Shown here one piece after another: positions 26,048-38,871 of a stretch of 64,000 nucleotides of DNA. The translations under genes and the position numbers were made by a program. The stretch is from Octopus bimaculoides (Eukaryota): contig NC_068986.1 in assembly GCF_001194135.2 (NCBI RefSeq), positions 30,349,091-30,413,090 of the forward strand, given 5' to 3'. The notes beneath the pieces were generated by a model. It saw only the letters and a list, made by a program, of their open reading frames with translations. It did not search any database and had not been told where the DNA came from. Numbering within the stretch: the first letter of the stretch is position 1; each line of letters starts with the position of its first letter.

Positions 26048-26946
26048 AAAATTCTACCATTCCACTGTCCTGGGTGTGTACTTTCTTATCAATCCTCACA
26101 GCAGTAAAAGGCAAAGTTGACCTTTGCAGTATTTGAACTCAGATCAGAATCAGAACAAATACTGCAAGGTATTCTTCCAATGTTCTAATGCCTGCCAATT
26201 TGCCACTTGATATAAGATTTAATCTAAGATATCACCTACTTATTTTTCTTCTAATTTGTCATTCAAAGAACTTAGATTATTAGGTAATGCATCTTTAATA
26301 ATCTTTAATTTTAGTTTTAATCTTCATTTTTTTCTTTGCTACTGTAGTTTTTTTTAACCATTAAATGTTACTAATTTTGGTTTATTTTCAAATTTATTGT
26401 CCTACTTTATCTTCAATATCACACAACAAACTGAAACATATGCAATTATAATTGCATTATGTGTCTATATGCAATTATAGACATGCAATTTCTGATAGGA
26501 AATTATGTCAATTGTTAGCAATTGTTATAAAATCATGCTAAGGAATGAAAATAGATAACATAATCTGGAAGGGATTTCTAATTGAGTTTTCTTGCCTACG
26601 TCCTTATTTTCAATTTGCCTAATCAATGGATCGTTATCCTCCCAGTCATTCTGAGGTTTGGTACAAATAATGACAATACTTCACAGAGGAAGTCTAATAA
26701 AACTGAAACATGTCCATACATTTGTCACTATACTTACAAAAAGTTCACTCACTCCCAACTGCATGCTTTCATTCAACTTTTAATCAATTTCAATATTGAA
26801 ATTGTCTTCCTTGTTTTCATTTTTCTTTGGCAAGAATTATCATTAATGTGAAGGAGTTTTCTTTACTGAAGCAATTTTAATTGATCAACATTTTGGACTT
26901 CAACCATATAAACAAATCTTATGTCATTTTAAGTTGGTTCTTGATA

Positions 26947-27443
26947 AGCATTTTCCAACCAGTATTCTCTTTAAACTCTAGCATTCCACAAGAATCATTA
27001 TGAATCATTTTTGTGCTTTTTATATTTGTAATTTTATTAAATGCACAGCATATTCCCTAAGGTAGGGAAATCCTGCCATCTCTCTGTAACAAATAGAGCT
27101 TACAGGGGAAAATGGCTTTTTAGTAAAGAATTTGATGTATCAACATACTGCTTCAGAGAACTTTTCTTAAATATTCTTTGTTGTTTCTGATGGATTTAGC
27201 ACTGCCAAACCCTTCAAAGACAGTTTATAATTTGTATAATTACCTACAAAAGACAAGTAAGTTCCCTGAGGCATGAAATGCATTTCAAGTTCTCTATGAT
27301 TTGTTTAATCACCAAAGAAACTTCACTTTATCAAAGAACAACCAAAGGATTAATAAAGATATATCATTTTTATATAGTAGTTTCCCTGAAGCATAGAACA
27401 TATTTCAAGAGTTCTCCAAGACTAAAACAGGTTGGGAAACGCT
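26947..27443. mobile_element. hAT-like MITE; related diverged copy at about 28815-29268
   Basis: Termini agcattttccaacc / ggttgggaaacgct (12/14 inverted match). Interior 'ttcttaaatatt...gatttagcactgccaaaccc' recurs at about 29050-29110. Confidence 0.6.
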
Positions 27444-27849
27444 GGTCTTTCTTTGATGACACCTTGTTAGCTACAATCAATGATCTACTTTATTATTTAT
27501 AATAAACTAATTCTTAGACAATGAAATTAGAATATATATTGAAACAATCCTAAGACAAAATGACTTCTTCCCTAAAAGGCAATGTGTTCCACTTAAGTTC
27601 AATCCTAATTTTGTTATCTCTTTATACAAATAAAATCTGGTGTGTATATGAAATAGGGAAGGTGGGGTGAGATAAAAAGAGTGAGAGGAAAGAGAGGGAG
27701 TGTGAGTATGAAGAGAAACTATGCTCCTACATAGAGAGGAAAAGACAAATACTGTACGTGAAAAAGAGAGTGGGAGACATAGATATACTGCTAAGAGATA
27801 GAGACATTATTACACAGAAATAACAGGTACTGTGTCATCAACATTATCA

Positions 27850-28350
27850 TCACTGTTTTGGCATGGTTTTTATGGCTGGATGCCCTTCCTAATACCAACC
27901 ACTTTACAGGGTGGACTGAGTGCTTTTTACACGGCACAAGCACAGGGGAGATCAGTTTTACTATAGTTTTTACAGCTGAATGCCCTTCAAAATGCCAACT
28001 GCTTTACAGTGTGGACAGGATTCTTTTTACATGGCAGGATCACCACGTAACTTGCAAGACAAAGATCCTTTGAAAGAGGAGGGGGGCATTGGAGGAGATG
28101 ATCTTGTTCCAGATGATGAAAGGTTAGAGTGTGACAGAGACAGAGGTGTCTTGCTGTAGAGGAGGTACAAAGTTACTTGGCCAGAGAGAGAGAGAATGAT
28201 CAAGAATGAGGACAGAAACAGGTATGATGCTGTAGAGGAGATACAAGGTTATCTCAGGAAGAGAAAGAAAGAGAGAGAGAGTGTGGAAGACAGCAAGAGT
28301 GCAAGATAGACCAGGAGAGAGATGGTGGCAAAGTGCCTGTGCATACTCAC
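27850..28350 (-). mobile_element. Family C retroposon, long form
   Basis: 'ggatgcccttcctaataccaaccactttac' plus an upstream extension shared with 42775-43620. Confidence 0.7.
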
Positions 28351-30293
28351 AAGGAGCGGAGACAGAATATAAATGAGATGTTGGAGTAAAAACAGAAAAT
28401 TTTGCTTTGTTTCATGATGGATCAAATTGCAATTTTATTTTTATGTTATATGTTTTACCTTTTACTTCTTTCATTGGAATGTGGCCATGCTGGGGCACCN
28501 NNNNNNNNNNNNNNNNNNNNNNNNNNNNNNNNNNNNNNNNNNNNNNNNNNNNNNNNNNNNNNNNNNNNNNNNNNNNNNNNNNNNTGCCAAACCATTAAGT
28601 TATAGGGTTGTAAACAAACCAACACCAGTTGTCAAGAGGTGGAACTGATAAAGATACATATGTTTGTCTCAGATACAGAAATGTTCAACATTTAAAAAGC
28701 TTTTCAGTACATTTTGTCACTGTACAGGTTATGATACTGTTATTTTGAAACATATAAACTTACTTGTATAAAGCAATTTCCTCAAGCTTTAGGAAGAGAA
28801 TGGTTGCATTTCATAACCACCATTTCCTGGAATCCTAGGTTTCTGCAAGAAAAATTTTAAGTAGGTTATGACAATTTTGGGGTTAATTTTTTAAAAAATT
28901 CTATATTCATAATTTATTTATAATTGCATAATGTATTTCCTAAGGTTGCCATTCTTACACAATAAAGAGACCTCAAATGATAAAAATGACCTCTTAATAG
29001 GAAACTGTGGGGAAATTTGGTCTAAAGAAGGTCTTGCTTATGACAAAATTTCTTAAATATTATTTGAGATGCCTGATAGATTTAACACTGCCAAACCATT
29101 CAAGGACAGTTTTTATGATCTGTTTAATCTCTTATGAAATTTATGTTTATGAAAGTGAAAGAAAATGATAAATAAAAATATATAATTTAAAATAGGGGCT
29201 CTTTAAGATATAGAATGTTAATCAAGAATTAGGGGTTCTCCAAGAATCAAATATGGTGGGAAATGCTGCTTTAATCTCATAACTTGGAGAAGAAGTGTTA
29301 GTCCTGTATTATAGTGTTATGTACTTGATAAGAGATGCAACTTCAGACTATTTCCACTAGATATACAGCTTTAGGTTTATTTCAACTGGGAACACAAAAG
29401 AATTCTGTGTATGAGAGAGATTTCTTTCACATGTGTAGCAAGCCTCAACTATATATGAGAGAAAAGAGGAAGTTTAAAAAATCATATCGTCACATGCTTT
29501 CGCTACGAACATGAGCAATGTATGTGAGAATAAATCCAGCTGAAAACTGAAGTTGGTCATAGATTCAATTTTTAAAAAGTACTCTCACTAAGTCCACCTT
29601 GGTAATTCTGTTCCTATTATTTACTTCCTTCTTGATATTTAAACTATATTGTCAAAAAAGAAGTTGCTAACCTTTACACTAGTTGATTAAGCAGCTAAAA
29701 ACAAGAAAATGAAGCTAGTGTTTATTTTTCATTTTCAATATTTATTTAAAGGAAATAAAAAGATTTTCTACAACAGACATTTTTTATATCATCTGTATTT
29801 AGAAAATAAATAGGAATATCATATATTTACTTTTTTCATTTGCAGACACTGCTTGTCTCTAAGAAACACATGTCTACCATATAATACTTTATTTGTTATC
29901 TACATTATTTCATTTGTTTTAAGAACTTTAGACAGGAATCAAAATGTTTTATTTAAACATAAATGATAAGTATATTTGAGAAAGGTCAAATTTCACATAA
30001 ACAACTCCTTCAACAAAAAATTATTTTCTGAAAAATTAGTTAATGCATCCATACCAGCACATTGTTGTAGTAGAGAATCCATAAGAAAGCAATTTTTAAT
30101 GTTGTAGTAATGAAAAGATACAACACTCATGCCTTCCATTTTTGTTTTTCAAAGGAATTATCAATCTATCATATTTGATGGCATATAAGATGCAGTATTT
30201 TGTTGGGTTTGTTTTTTTTTTTTGTTTTTTTTCAAAAACGAAAATGTCCCGAAATATCATTCTGGGCCAGTAAAGTTGGGCCTCCTATAAACT

Positions 30294-30517
30294 TTAGCCC
30301 TTTAGCATTCAGATTATTCAGTCAAATGTAATGTTTATTTATTCACATTATTTTTAATCAATCATGCATTATCTTGTAACTTTGAGATCTCAATGATGTG
30401 GTTGTTTATTTTTAGAATAACATTGTAGGGTAGGTGTGAGAGGTAGGATCTGGCCAGTTTGAATATAAAACAGAATATGGCTGGTTTCAATGGCTGGTTT
30501 AAATGCTAAAGGGTTAA
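30294..30517. mobile_element. piggyBac-like MITE family 1 (opposite orientation)
   Basis: ttag|ccctttagcatt ... aatgctaaaggg|ttaa. Confidence 0.8.
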
Positions 30518-30949
30518 TGCACTAAAAAATGGGGTTTTTTTTCTGAATATGCATTGCTAAAATTAGGGTGCACCTAATATGCCATGCATCTTTTATGCCA
30601 TCAAATGTAGTAAGTGAAGAGCTGACTGATATACTGAAGCTACATCAGCAACTGTTGTGTTTTATGCCAGCTTTTCTATGCTGGCATGTGTTGGACTGTT
30701 TTTTTCCTGAGGCTTTGAGGCAATGTTTTACAACCAAAGGCCTTTCCTGTCATTGGCTACTTCAGTCAATTCTTACAACATGCAGGAGTATGGGTGATCT
30801 ATTCTAAAAGTGGGCTTCACACCATAAAGAAGTACTATAGATCCATCAGACGTAATAATTTCTTCTTCAAATACATGACCAATATTTGTAATGGAGGAGT
30901 ATAATTGTAGATTTTGACATTAGCAGGGAAATCTATTTACTGGGGGAGA

Positions 30950-31245
30950 AGTTGAAAGGGAGGTTGATTGGGTGATAGTGGACAGGCTCAGAGAGAATGG
31001 AACACACTGTAGAAAATGACTGGAGAATTTGTTAATAGTAAGAGTTAGTACAGAAACCCAACACGGACCAAATACTGAAGTTAATAGCTGTATGATTGAA
31101 AGGATGATTAAGGATATAAAGGCAGGGAAAGTAACTGGAGCATCAGAGATACTTGCTAAGATACTGAAAATATCCAGTGATGTAAGACGCATGCCAGTCA
31201 GTCACTTAATCAATCAGGTTGCCCAGGGTGGCAGGACACAATGGT
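30950..31245 (+). mobile_element. RTE-type LINE fragment (region just upstream of RT)
   Basis: 'MIKDIKAGKVTGASEILAKILKISS...SHLINQV' matches the AIxxMKxGKAxGPxxIxAEMLK motif. Confidence 0.75.
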
Positions 31246-31555
31246 CAGAGATATCACTAAGGTTCTTTTAATTAAAATATGTACTCCAAATTAATCTGTT
31301 AATAAATGAACATAAATACATGAAAAATTAAAGTTCTGGTTTTCAAGTTTCCTAATTCTTCAACTCCTTACTAATTGACTGATCTCTTCTGATATAGTCC
31401 AAGCAACTATTTCAGTACCAGTGAGTAATGGTTTTGGAGAAAGACACATAGAACACGAAGGTCCCCAATAAATGGAACAGATTGATTAAAGTTTTGAAAA
31501 GAATCTAAAAATCTATTATTTTCATCATCTCTGAGTATAATCTAAGATAACATAA

Positions 31556-31772
31556 GTCTTTTCTTTTCTACACTAGGCACAAGGCCTGAAATTTTAAGGA
31601 GGAGACCAGTTGATTAGATAAACCCCAGTACGCAACTGGTACTTAATTTATCAATCCCAAAAGGATCAAAGGCAAAGTCGACTTCGGCAGAATTTGAACC
31701 CAGAACATAAAGACATGAAATACTGCGAAGCATTTCACCCGGCATGCTAATGTTTCTGCTAACTCACTGCCT
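31556..31772 (-). mobile_element. SINE family B variant (B', alternative tail)
   Basis: 'taggcacaaggcctgaaatt...ggcaaagtcgacttcggcagaatttgaac...ctaactcactgcc'. Other B' copies near 52310-52520, 55815-56020 and 57745-57965. Confidence 0.8.
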
Positions 31773-33349
31773 TGACAATATAATAGTAATGATGGTGATG
31801 ATGGTGGTGGTGGTGGTGGTGTTCTTGAATTAGTTTTGGCAGTTTATTAACATCTTTGGCTATTGTTTGAAACTGTCCTTAGAATGGTAAACAGTAGAAC
31901 ATAAAAGCTGTATCCACATCATCATCATCATCATCAGAATAAATATTTATTTTGAAAGTAGTAAATTAAAAGTTTTTAAGAGTTAATTAACAATTTCTTT
32001 TGTGGAGCAGCTTTAATGAATTGATTTGTTTCTAGGAGTTTATTACACAGCAGGAAATAATAGAAGTAAATTATTTCCTGCTACATTACCAAAGAAAGGA
32101 CCATCTCGGTGCCATTAATATAAAGACAGGAACATTATGATAAAATTAAGGAAATAGGTGAAAGATCATTATTATTATATTATCAATTAAGTTTGAGAAT
32201 ATTAAGGAAATACAAAGAAAGCTGCTAAGATTGGATACACAAGAAAAAGAATAGAACCATCATCATTATCACACCGCATATCAAGTTATGCAGTATGTTG
32301 ATGATGGTGGACAATTAATTATATCGTATGAACAATTCCTTTTTTAATTTACCAATTATGAATTAGAAATATTGGAAGATTACTACTCAGACAACAATTC
32401 CACGTTTTTCCCTGTCACTTTTAATTTAGAATGTAATGAAGACTTTCCTTTATTCATAGCTAGTTCTTCACATTTTTTTTCTACTTCCAATAAAGTCATC
32501 AATTCACTACTCCATAGCAGTAATGATATTCACAAAGACTACAATATATAAAAAAAAAAAAAAAAAAAAANNNNNNNNNNNNNNNNNNNNNNNNNNNNNN
32601 NNNNNNNNNNNNNNNNNNNNNNNNNNNNNNNNNNNNNNNNNNNNNNNNNNNNNNNNNNNNNNNNNNNNNNNNNNNNNNNNNNNNNNNNNNNNNNNNNNNN
32701 NNNNNNNNNNNNNNNNNNNNNNNNNNNNNNNNNNNNNNNNNNNNNNNNNNNNNNNNNNNNNNNNNNNNNNNNNNNNNNNNNNNNNNNNNNNNNNNNNNNN
32801 NNNNNNNNNNNNNNNNNNNNNNNNNNNNNNNNNNNNNNNNNNNNNNNNNNNNNNNNNNNNNNNNNNNNNNNNNNNNNNNNNNNNNNNNNNNNNNNNNNNN
32901 NNNNNNNNNNNNNNNNNNNNNNNNNNNNNNNNNNNNNNNNNNNNNNNNNNNNNNNNNNNNNNNNNNNNNNNNNNNNNNNNNNNNNNNNNNNNNNNNNNNN
33001 NNNNNNNNNNNNNNNNNNNNNNNNNNNNNNNNNNNNNNNNNNNNNNNNNNNNNNNNNNNNNNNNNNNNNNNNNNNNNNNNNNNNNNNNNNNNNNNNNNNN
33101 NNNNNNNNNNNNNNNNNNNNNNNNNNNNNNNNNNNNNNNNNNNNNNNNNNNNNNNNNNNNNNNNNNNNNNNNNNNNNNNNNNNNNNNNNNNNNNNNNNNN
33201 NNNNNNNNNNNNNNNNNNNNNNNNNNNATATATATATATATATATATAATTCATTCCAAATGGGTGCGGTGGAAACGAAACCAGCCAAAAACTCAGTAAC
33301 AGTTATGTGTATAACAGCTTTTATTATTTAAAAAAAAAATATGAATAGA

Positions 33350-33700
33350 TGCATGGGTATGAGACGCTTTGGCACAGCTATTTTGGCGCCGCTTATTTTG
33401 GCTTCCTCTCACGTTCGCTCCCACTTTCTCTCAGTTTACGAGTTTATTTCTCTTTATGTGAGGAGAGGAAAAATTGTTTAATGTTAATCAATGTTAAATA
33501 AAATAGTAATCTCTCTCTCCCTCTCTCCCTATCTATCTATATCACTTTTTCGATTTACAACTGTATATTTCTGCACATACATTCATGCATGCGTTTGCCT
33601 CGAGCACCAAAAAGTACTGTCGCCAAAGCAATCCAGCCAGTCGTGCCAAACCGTCAGAGCGTCAAAACAGCTGCATCCAGTCGTCTAATCCGTACATGCA
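33350..33700. mobile_element. Foldback-like non-autonomous element with subterminal inverted motif arrays (superfamily unassigned)
   Basis: Left 'gacgctttggcac..tattttggcgcc..attttggc' versus right 'gcaccaaaa..gtcgccaaag..gtgccaaaccgtc..gcgtcaaaacagctg'. Confidence 0.5.
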
Positions 33701-33944
33701 AGCATTGTGAGGGCAATGTGAAACCTGTTGAATACGCTCTATTTGTAAACTTTATCTTTCATCCTCATTAAGACTATAAAATGATTACTAGTGATATATT
33801 GTAGTTGATTCAATTAACTATATCAACTAACTTGTGGTGTGATAACAGAATCTACGCAGAAGTTACGCAGCCATTCAAGGTAGATAACTCATGAGGTAAA
33901 ATCTTATTTTTGATGTATGTTATAGAATTTTACATTACTCTTTT

Positions 33945-34385
33945 TTATTCTTTTACTTGTTTCAGTCATTTGACTGTGGCCATGCTGGAGCACGGCCTTT
34001 AGTCGAGCATATCGACTCCGGGACTTATTCTTTGTAAGCCTAGTACTTATTCTATAGGTCACTTTTGCCGAACCGCTAGGTTACGGGGACATAAGCACAC
34101 CAGCATCGGTTGTCAAGCAAATTTTAGGGGGGCAAACACAGACACACACACACACANNNNNNNNNNNNNNNNNNNNNNNNNNNNNNNNNNNNNNNNNNNN
34201 NNNNNNNNNNNNNNNNNNNNNNNNNNNNNNNNNNNNNNNNNNNNNNNNNNNNNNNNNNNNNNNNNNNNNNNNNNNNNNNNNNNNNNNNNNNNNNNNNNNN
34301 NNNNNNNNNNNNNNNNNNNNNNNNNNNNNNNNNNNNNNNNNNNNNNNNNNNNNNNNNNNNNNNNNNNNNNNNNNNNNNNNNNNNN

Positions 34386-34419
<34 letters not shown>

Positions 34420-34575
34420 GAAGGGCTTCTTTCAGTTTCCGTCTACCAAATCCACTCACAAGGCTTTGGTTGGCCCGAGGCTATAGTAGAAGACACTTGC
34501 CCAAGATGCCACGCAGTGGGACTAAACCCGGAACCACGTGGTTGGTAAACAAGCTACTTACCACACAGCCACTTC
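33945..34575 (-). mobile_element. SINE family A, full length, young-looking, gap in its internal microsatellite
   Basis: Tail at 33945-34156, N-gap, body and head at 34420-34575. Confidence 0.9.
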
Positions 34576-34724
34576 AGTTTAAAATTTCTTTAGAACGGTA
34601 ATTTGTTGGGACGGGTGAAGTTAGAGTTATTTGATCTAGGTATTTCAACAAGGGGGTGCTAGGAAAGGCCAGGTACTGTTCTTGCAATACTCCAAAGCAA
34701 TTTAAAGTTGTTGTTTGCTGCTTG

Positions 34725-34925
34725 TCATCATCATCATCATCGTTTAACGTCTGCTTTCCATACTAGCATGGGTTGGACGACTTGACTGAGGACTTGTGAA
34801 CCAGATGGCTGTACCAGGCCCCAATCTGATCTGGCAGAGTTTCTACAGCTGGATTCCCTTCCTAACACCAACCACTCTGAGAGTGTAGTGGGTGCTTTTA
34901 CGTGCCACCGGCACGAGGGCCAGTC
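34725..34925 (-). mobile_element. Family C retroposon
   Basis: 'catcatcatcgtttaacgtctgctttccatactagcatggg...ttttacgtgccaccggcac'. Confidence 0.9.
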
Positions 34926-34926
34926 A

Positions 34927-34971
<45 letters not shown>

Positions 34972-36141
34972 CATACATATATAACAACATACCAAGTAGA
35001 TCTCAGTATATCTAGTGGGATATTTTTTCTACACCAAGGACCTAAAGTGACACAGCCTGCACTGGTTGATGCAACACAACCAGATGCACAATATCCTACC
35101 CCTTTGGAACAGATGCAGGAGGAGTTGAAACGTGCTTAATAAAGATACGTACTAAATCTTTCTTCCATTATCTTTATCAATCGTGTGTGTGTGTATGTGT
35201 GTGTGTCTGAATGTGTTTGCCATCCACCACCACCACCACTTAACAACCAGTGTTGGTTTGTTTTTACATCCACATAACTTAGCTCTTTGGCAAATGAGAC
35301 CAATCAAATTGGGATTTAATATGTTCAACTAAAACCCTTCAACGCAGTGCCCCAGCATGGCCGCATTCCAGTGACTGAAAGAAATAAAAACTAAAAGCTA
35401 AAGTTGCTTAGTTTAATACATAAAAACAGACACAAAAAGAATCTTATAGAAAAAAAGATGTTCTCAAATAAAAAAATTTTTTTGTGACAGGAGCCTTTTT
35501 GTGTTCATATCTGTAAGTAACAATACAACTTTATATATTTTATTTCAAATTTATTAATAAAAAATATTCTATAAGAATGGTTTCAAATTTTGGTACAAGG
35601 CCAGAATATATTCTATAATAATCAATATGAAATTTATTTTATACAATAAATAATAAATAGCTTTTCTTTTCTTTTTTTTAATCAATGATTTATATTGATA
35701 GAACATAATTGAATATTAGGAGCAAAAATGTTAAAGTTCTCACACTGGTTCTGAAGTATTTGTTTGTTAGTGGTACAAATATATCATTAGAAGTGAGAAA
35801 TTGTCTATATATAATAGTGCAAGTTTGTTATATATATATATCTATATATAGATAGATAGATAGATAGATAGATATAGATCTATCTATATTTTATTGTGTC
35901 TGGGGAGAGTCATTCTATTTTAATGCCTTATTAATGAAGACACTCACTGGCTCGATTTCCACTCATTTACTTATTTATTTTTTTCTAAAATTTTCATTGC
36001 TTCTTGCAACCTCTTCAATAGTGGATAGCCAGAGGTTTGTAAGAGTCATCTCCCAAAGGAAACAGTTCTCAGAAAGACATCAAAAGAAGAAGAAGAAGAA
36101 GCAGAAGCAGTAGTAGTAGGAGGAGGAGGAGGAGGAGGAGG

Positions 36142-37053
36142 ATCCTTTCTACTATAGGCACAAGGCCCAAAACTTTGGGGGGAGGAGATAGTCGATTACA
36201 TCAACTCCAGTGTTTCACTGGTACTTAATTTATCAACCCCCAAAAGGATGAAAAGCAAAGTTGACCTCAGTGGAATTTGAACTCAGAACAAAGACAGACG
36301 AATGCCACTAAGCATTTTATCCAGCATGCTAACAATTCTGCTAGCTCACTGCCATAATAATAATAATAATAATAATAATAGTAATAAAAATCCTGTCTAC
36401 CAAAGGCACAAGGCCTGAAATTTGGGGGAGGGGACTAGTCAATTACATTGACCCCAGTGTTTCACTGGTACTTAATTTATCAATCCCAAAAGGATGAAAG
36501 ACAAAGTCAACCTCGGCAGAATAAATAATAATAATAATAACGTTGATGATAATGATGACGATTTCATTTATTTGACACAAGGGCAAAGGATGAAGGGGAC
36601 AAATAATAATAAATTTTAATAATAATAATAATCCTTTCAACCATAGGCACAAGACCTGAGATTTCGGGGGAGGGGATAGTCAACTGCATCGATCCCAGTG
36701 ATTGCCAAGTACTTTTTCATCAACCCCAGAAGGATGGAAAGCAAAGTCGACCTCGGCAGGATTTGAACACAATGTAAAGATGGGTAAAATACTGCTAATG
36801 ATTTTGTCCAATGTGGTAATGATTCTGCCAGCTCACCATCTTATTACTAATAATAATCCTTTTCTACCAAAGGCCTGAAATTTGGGGGAGAGAACTTGTC
36901 AATTACGGTGATGCCAGTGTTTCACTGGTATTTTAATTTATTGAGCCGAAAATGATGAAAAGCAAAGTCAACCTTAGCAGCATTTGAACTCAGAACACAG
37001 AATACTGCTAAGCATTTTGTCCAGCATGCTAATGTTTCTGCCAGCTTGCTGCC
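36142..37053 (-). mobile_element. Four head-to-tail SINE B' copies
   Basis: Copies at about 36142-36353, 36390-36522 (truncated), 36631-36837 and 36856-37053, separated mainly by (AAT)n. Confidence 0.9.
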
Positions 37054-37059
37054 TCCCAT

Positions 37060-37318
37060 GCAGGCAGCACATAAAAAACACCTTTTTGAGCATGGCCGTT
37101 GCCAGTACCGTGTGACTGGCCCTCGTGCCGGTGGCACGTAAAAGCACCCACTACAGTCTCGGAGTGTTTGGCATCAGGAAGGGCATCCAGCTGTAGAAAC
37201 TCTGCCAGACCAGATTGGAGCCTGGTGCAGCCTTCTGGCTTGCCAGTCCTCTGTCAAATCGTCCAACCCATGCTAGCATGGAAAGCGGATGTTAAACGAT
37301 GATGATGATGATGATGAA
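37060..37318 (+). mobile_element. Family C retroposon
   Basis: 'ccggtggcacgtaaaagcaccc...catggaaagcggatgttaaacgatgatgatg'. Confidence 0.9.
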
Positions 37319-37733
37319 TAGTGTTAAATGAATGAGAGACTAAAGTCATCATCGTCATCACCACTATTGCCATCATCATCATCGTCACCACCATTGTCGT
37401 CATCATCATCATCATTTTTATACTTGCTTTTCCCATGCTGAAAATACATCTTGAGGCAATATTCTATGACTTGATGCCTTTTTTTTAACGCCTTATTTCA
37501 ATCCCTGTAAGGTACTGAAACAATGATCTGTCACTAGATGTTGACTCTTCCAACCACTGATGTTTTTTGTGCTTATTCACGACAGACAATTGTGTGCCAA
37601 AGTCAAAAGCAGTGTTGATGTGAAGACACAAGGAGACAAACACACATGCATATGCACACATATACACACAGACAAGGGCGAGTTATTGCATTACTTTCTC
37701 TCTTTCTCACACACCCAAACACACACGCACGCA

Positions 37734-37785
<52 letters not shown>

Positions 37786-38745
37786 ATATATATGTTGGGC
37801 TTCTTCTCTACAGTTTCCATCAACCAAATTTCACTCACATCGGTTGAGCTAAAACGATGGTACAAAACACTTATCCAAAAGCCTGACAGTGAGATTGAAA
37901 ATAAAACAGTGTAGTTATGAATCAAACACACATAGCCATATCTATTGCAAATGATATTTCCAAAACATCTCTTCTATTTCAACTGAAGACCATAGACAAA
38001 ACAAATAATATAAACTTAATTAAAAAAAGAAAAAAATTTAAACCAGCTTTTGTTTACTTCTCTGAAAATTCTTTGATAAGAACAAAATATTGTATTAAAA
38101 AAAATTTTTTTTTCTTCCTTCCTGTCCCAAGATACATTTTATCATACACAGATCACAACAATAAATGGTATGTGATATTGCTGGAATGAAAATTTAACTT
38201 GTTGAGTTAAAAATAAAAGCAGGATCGTGGAGTTTTAAATCCCTGATACAAACTACGGCAGACAATATCTGGCCTTTGTGGAGTAAAATAGGTTTGTTGG
38301 ACATGTGTGTAGAAAGTCACAACCAATTTTCTCTACTACAATAAACAGTCACAATGTACAATTAAATAATTACCTATACTTACTAATTACCTAATTAACT
38401 ACACTTACTCACAGCTGCCTACTTAAAGTATACCTAACAAACAATTGTGCAACAGTCTAAACACATGTTAATTATCATCATTATCATCGCTTTGATATTT
38501 ATTGTGTGACAGAGAGAGAAAGAGAGAGAGAGGACAGACAGAGACAGACAGACAGACAGACAGAAGGAACAAGTGTGGTATTGGCGTGGACACTGAAATA
38601 CTGTATCTTTCAATGAGCTTTTGAACATGCATTATTTCCTCTGTGACATTCTCAAATCTTTAAATCTTCTCAAATTTCTTCCCCAAATTTTACCTGTCTT
38701 TTATAAGTTATATATACTACAGACTTACAATACTGTTTCCTTTAG

Positions 38746-38871
38746 CATGCATGAATCCATTTCATCTATTGCCTACGGCAGTGTAGTCATCTCTCTTGCA
38801 TACATGTGCCAACGTGTGTTTGATGTCAGACAAATATTTTCTACTCACTGGCTCTCAACAGCAAATCAATC
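38746..38871 (+). CDS. Putative internal exon: MHESISSIAYGSVVISLAYMCQRVFDVRQIFSTHWLSTANQ(S)
   Basis: Acceptor tactgtttcctttag|, strong donor ATC|gtaaga, 126 nt, symmetric phase 2 to 2; only this frame is open and the segment looks GC-richer than its flanks. Confidence 0.5.

Noticed and set aside
26582-26900. Possible transposase remnant or 89-aa ORF
   Set aside because: No recognisable motif or splice support; multiple stops on the minus strand.
38223-38291. Open frame (G)SWSFKSLIQTTADNIWPLWSKI between AG and GT
   Set aside because: A-rich acceptor with no polypyrimidine tract; phase does not fit the neighbouring candidate.
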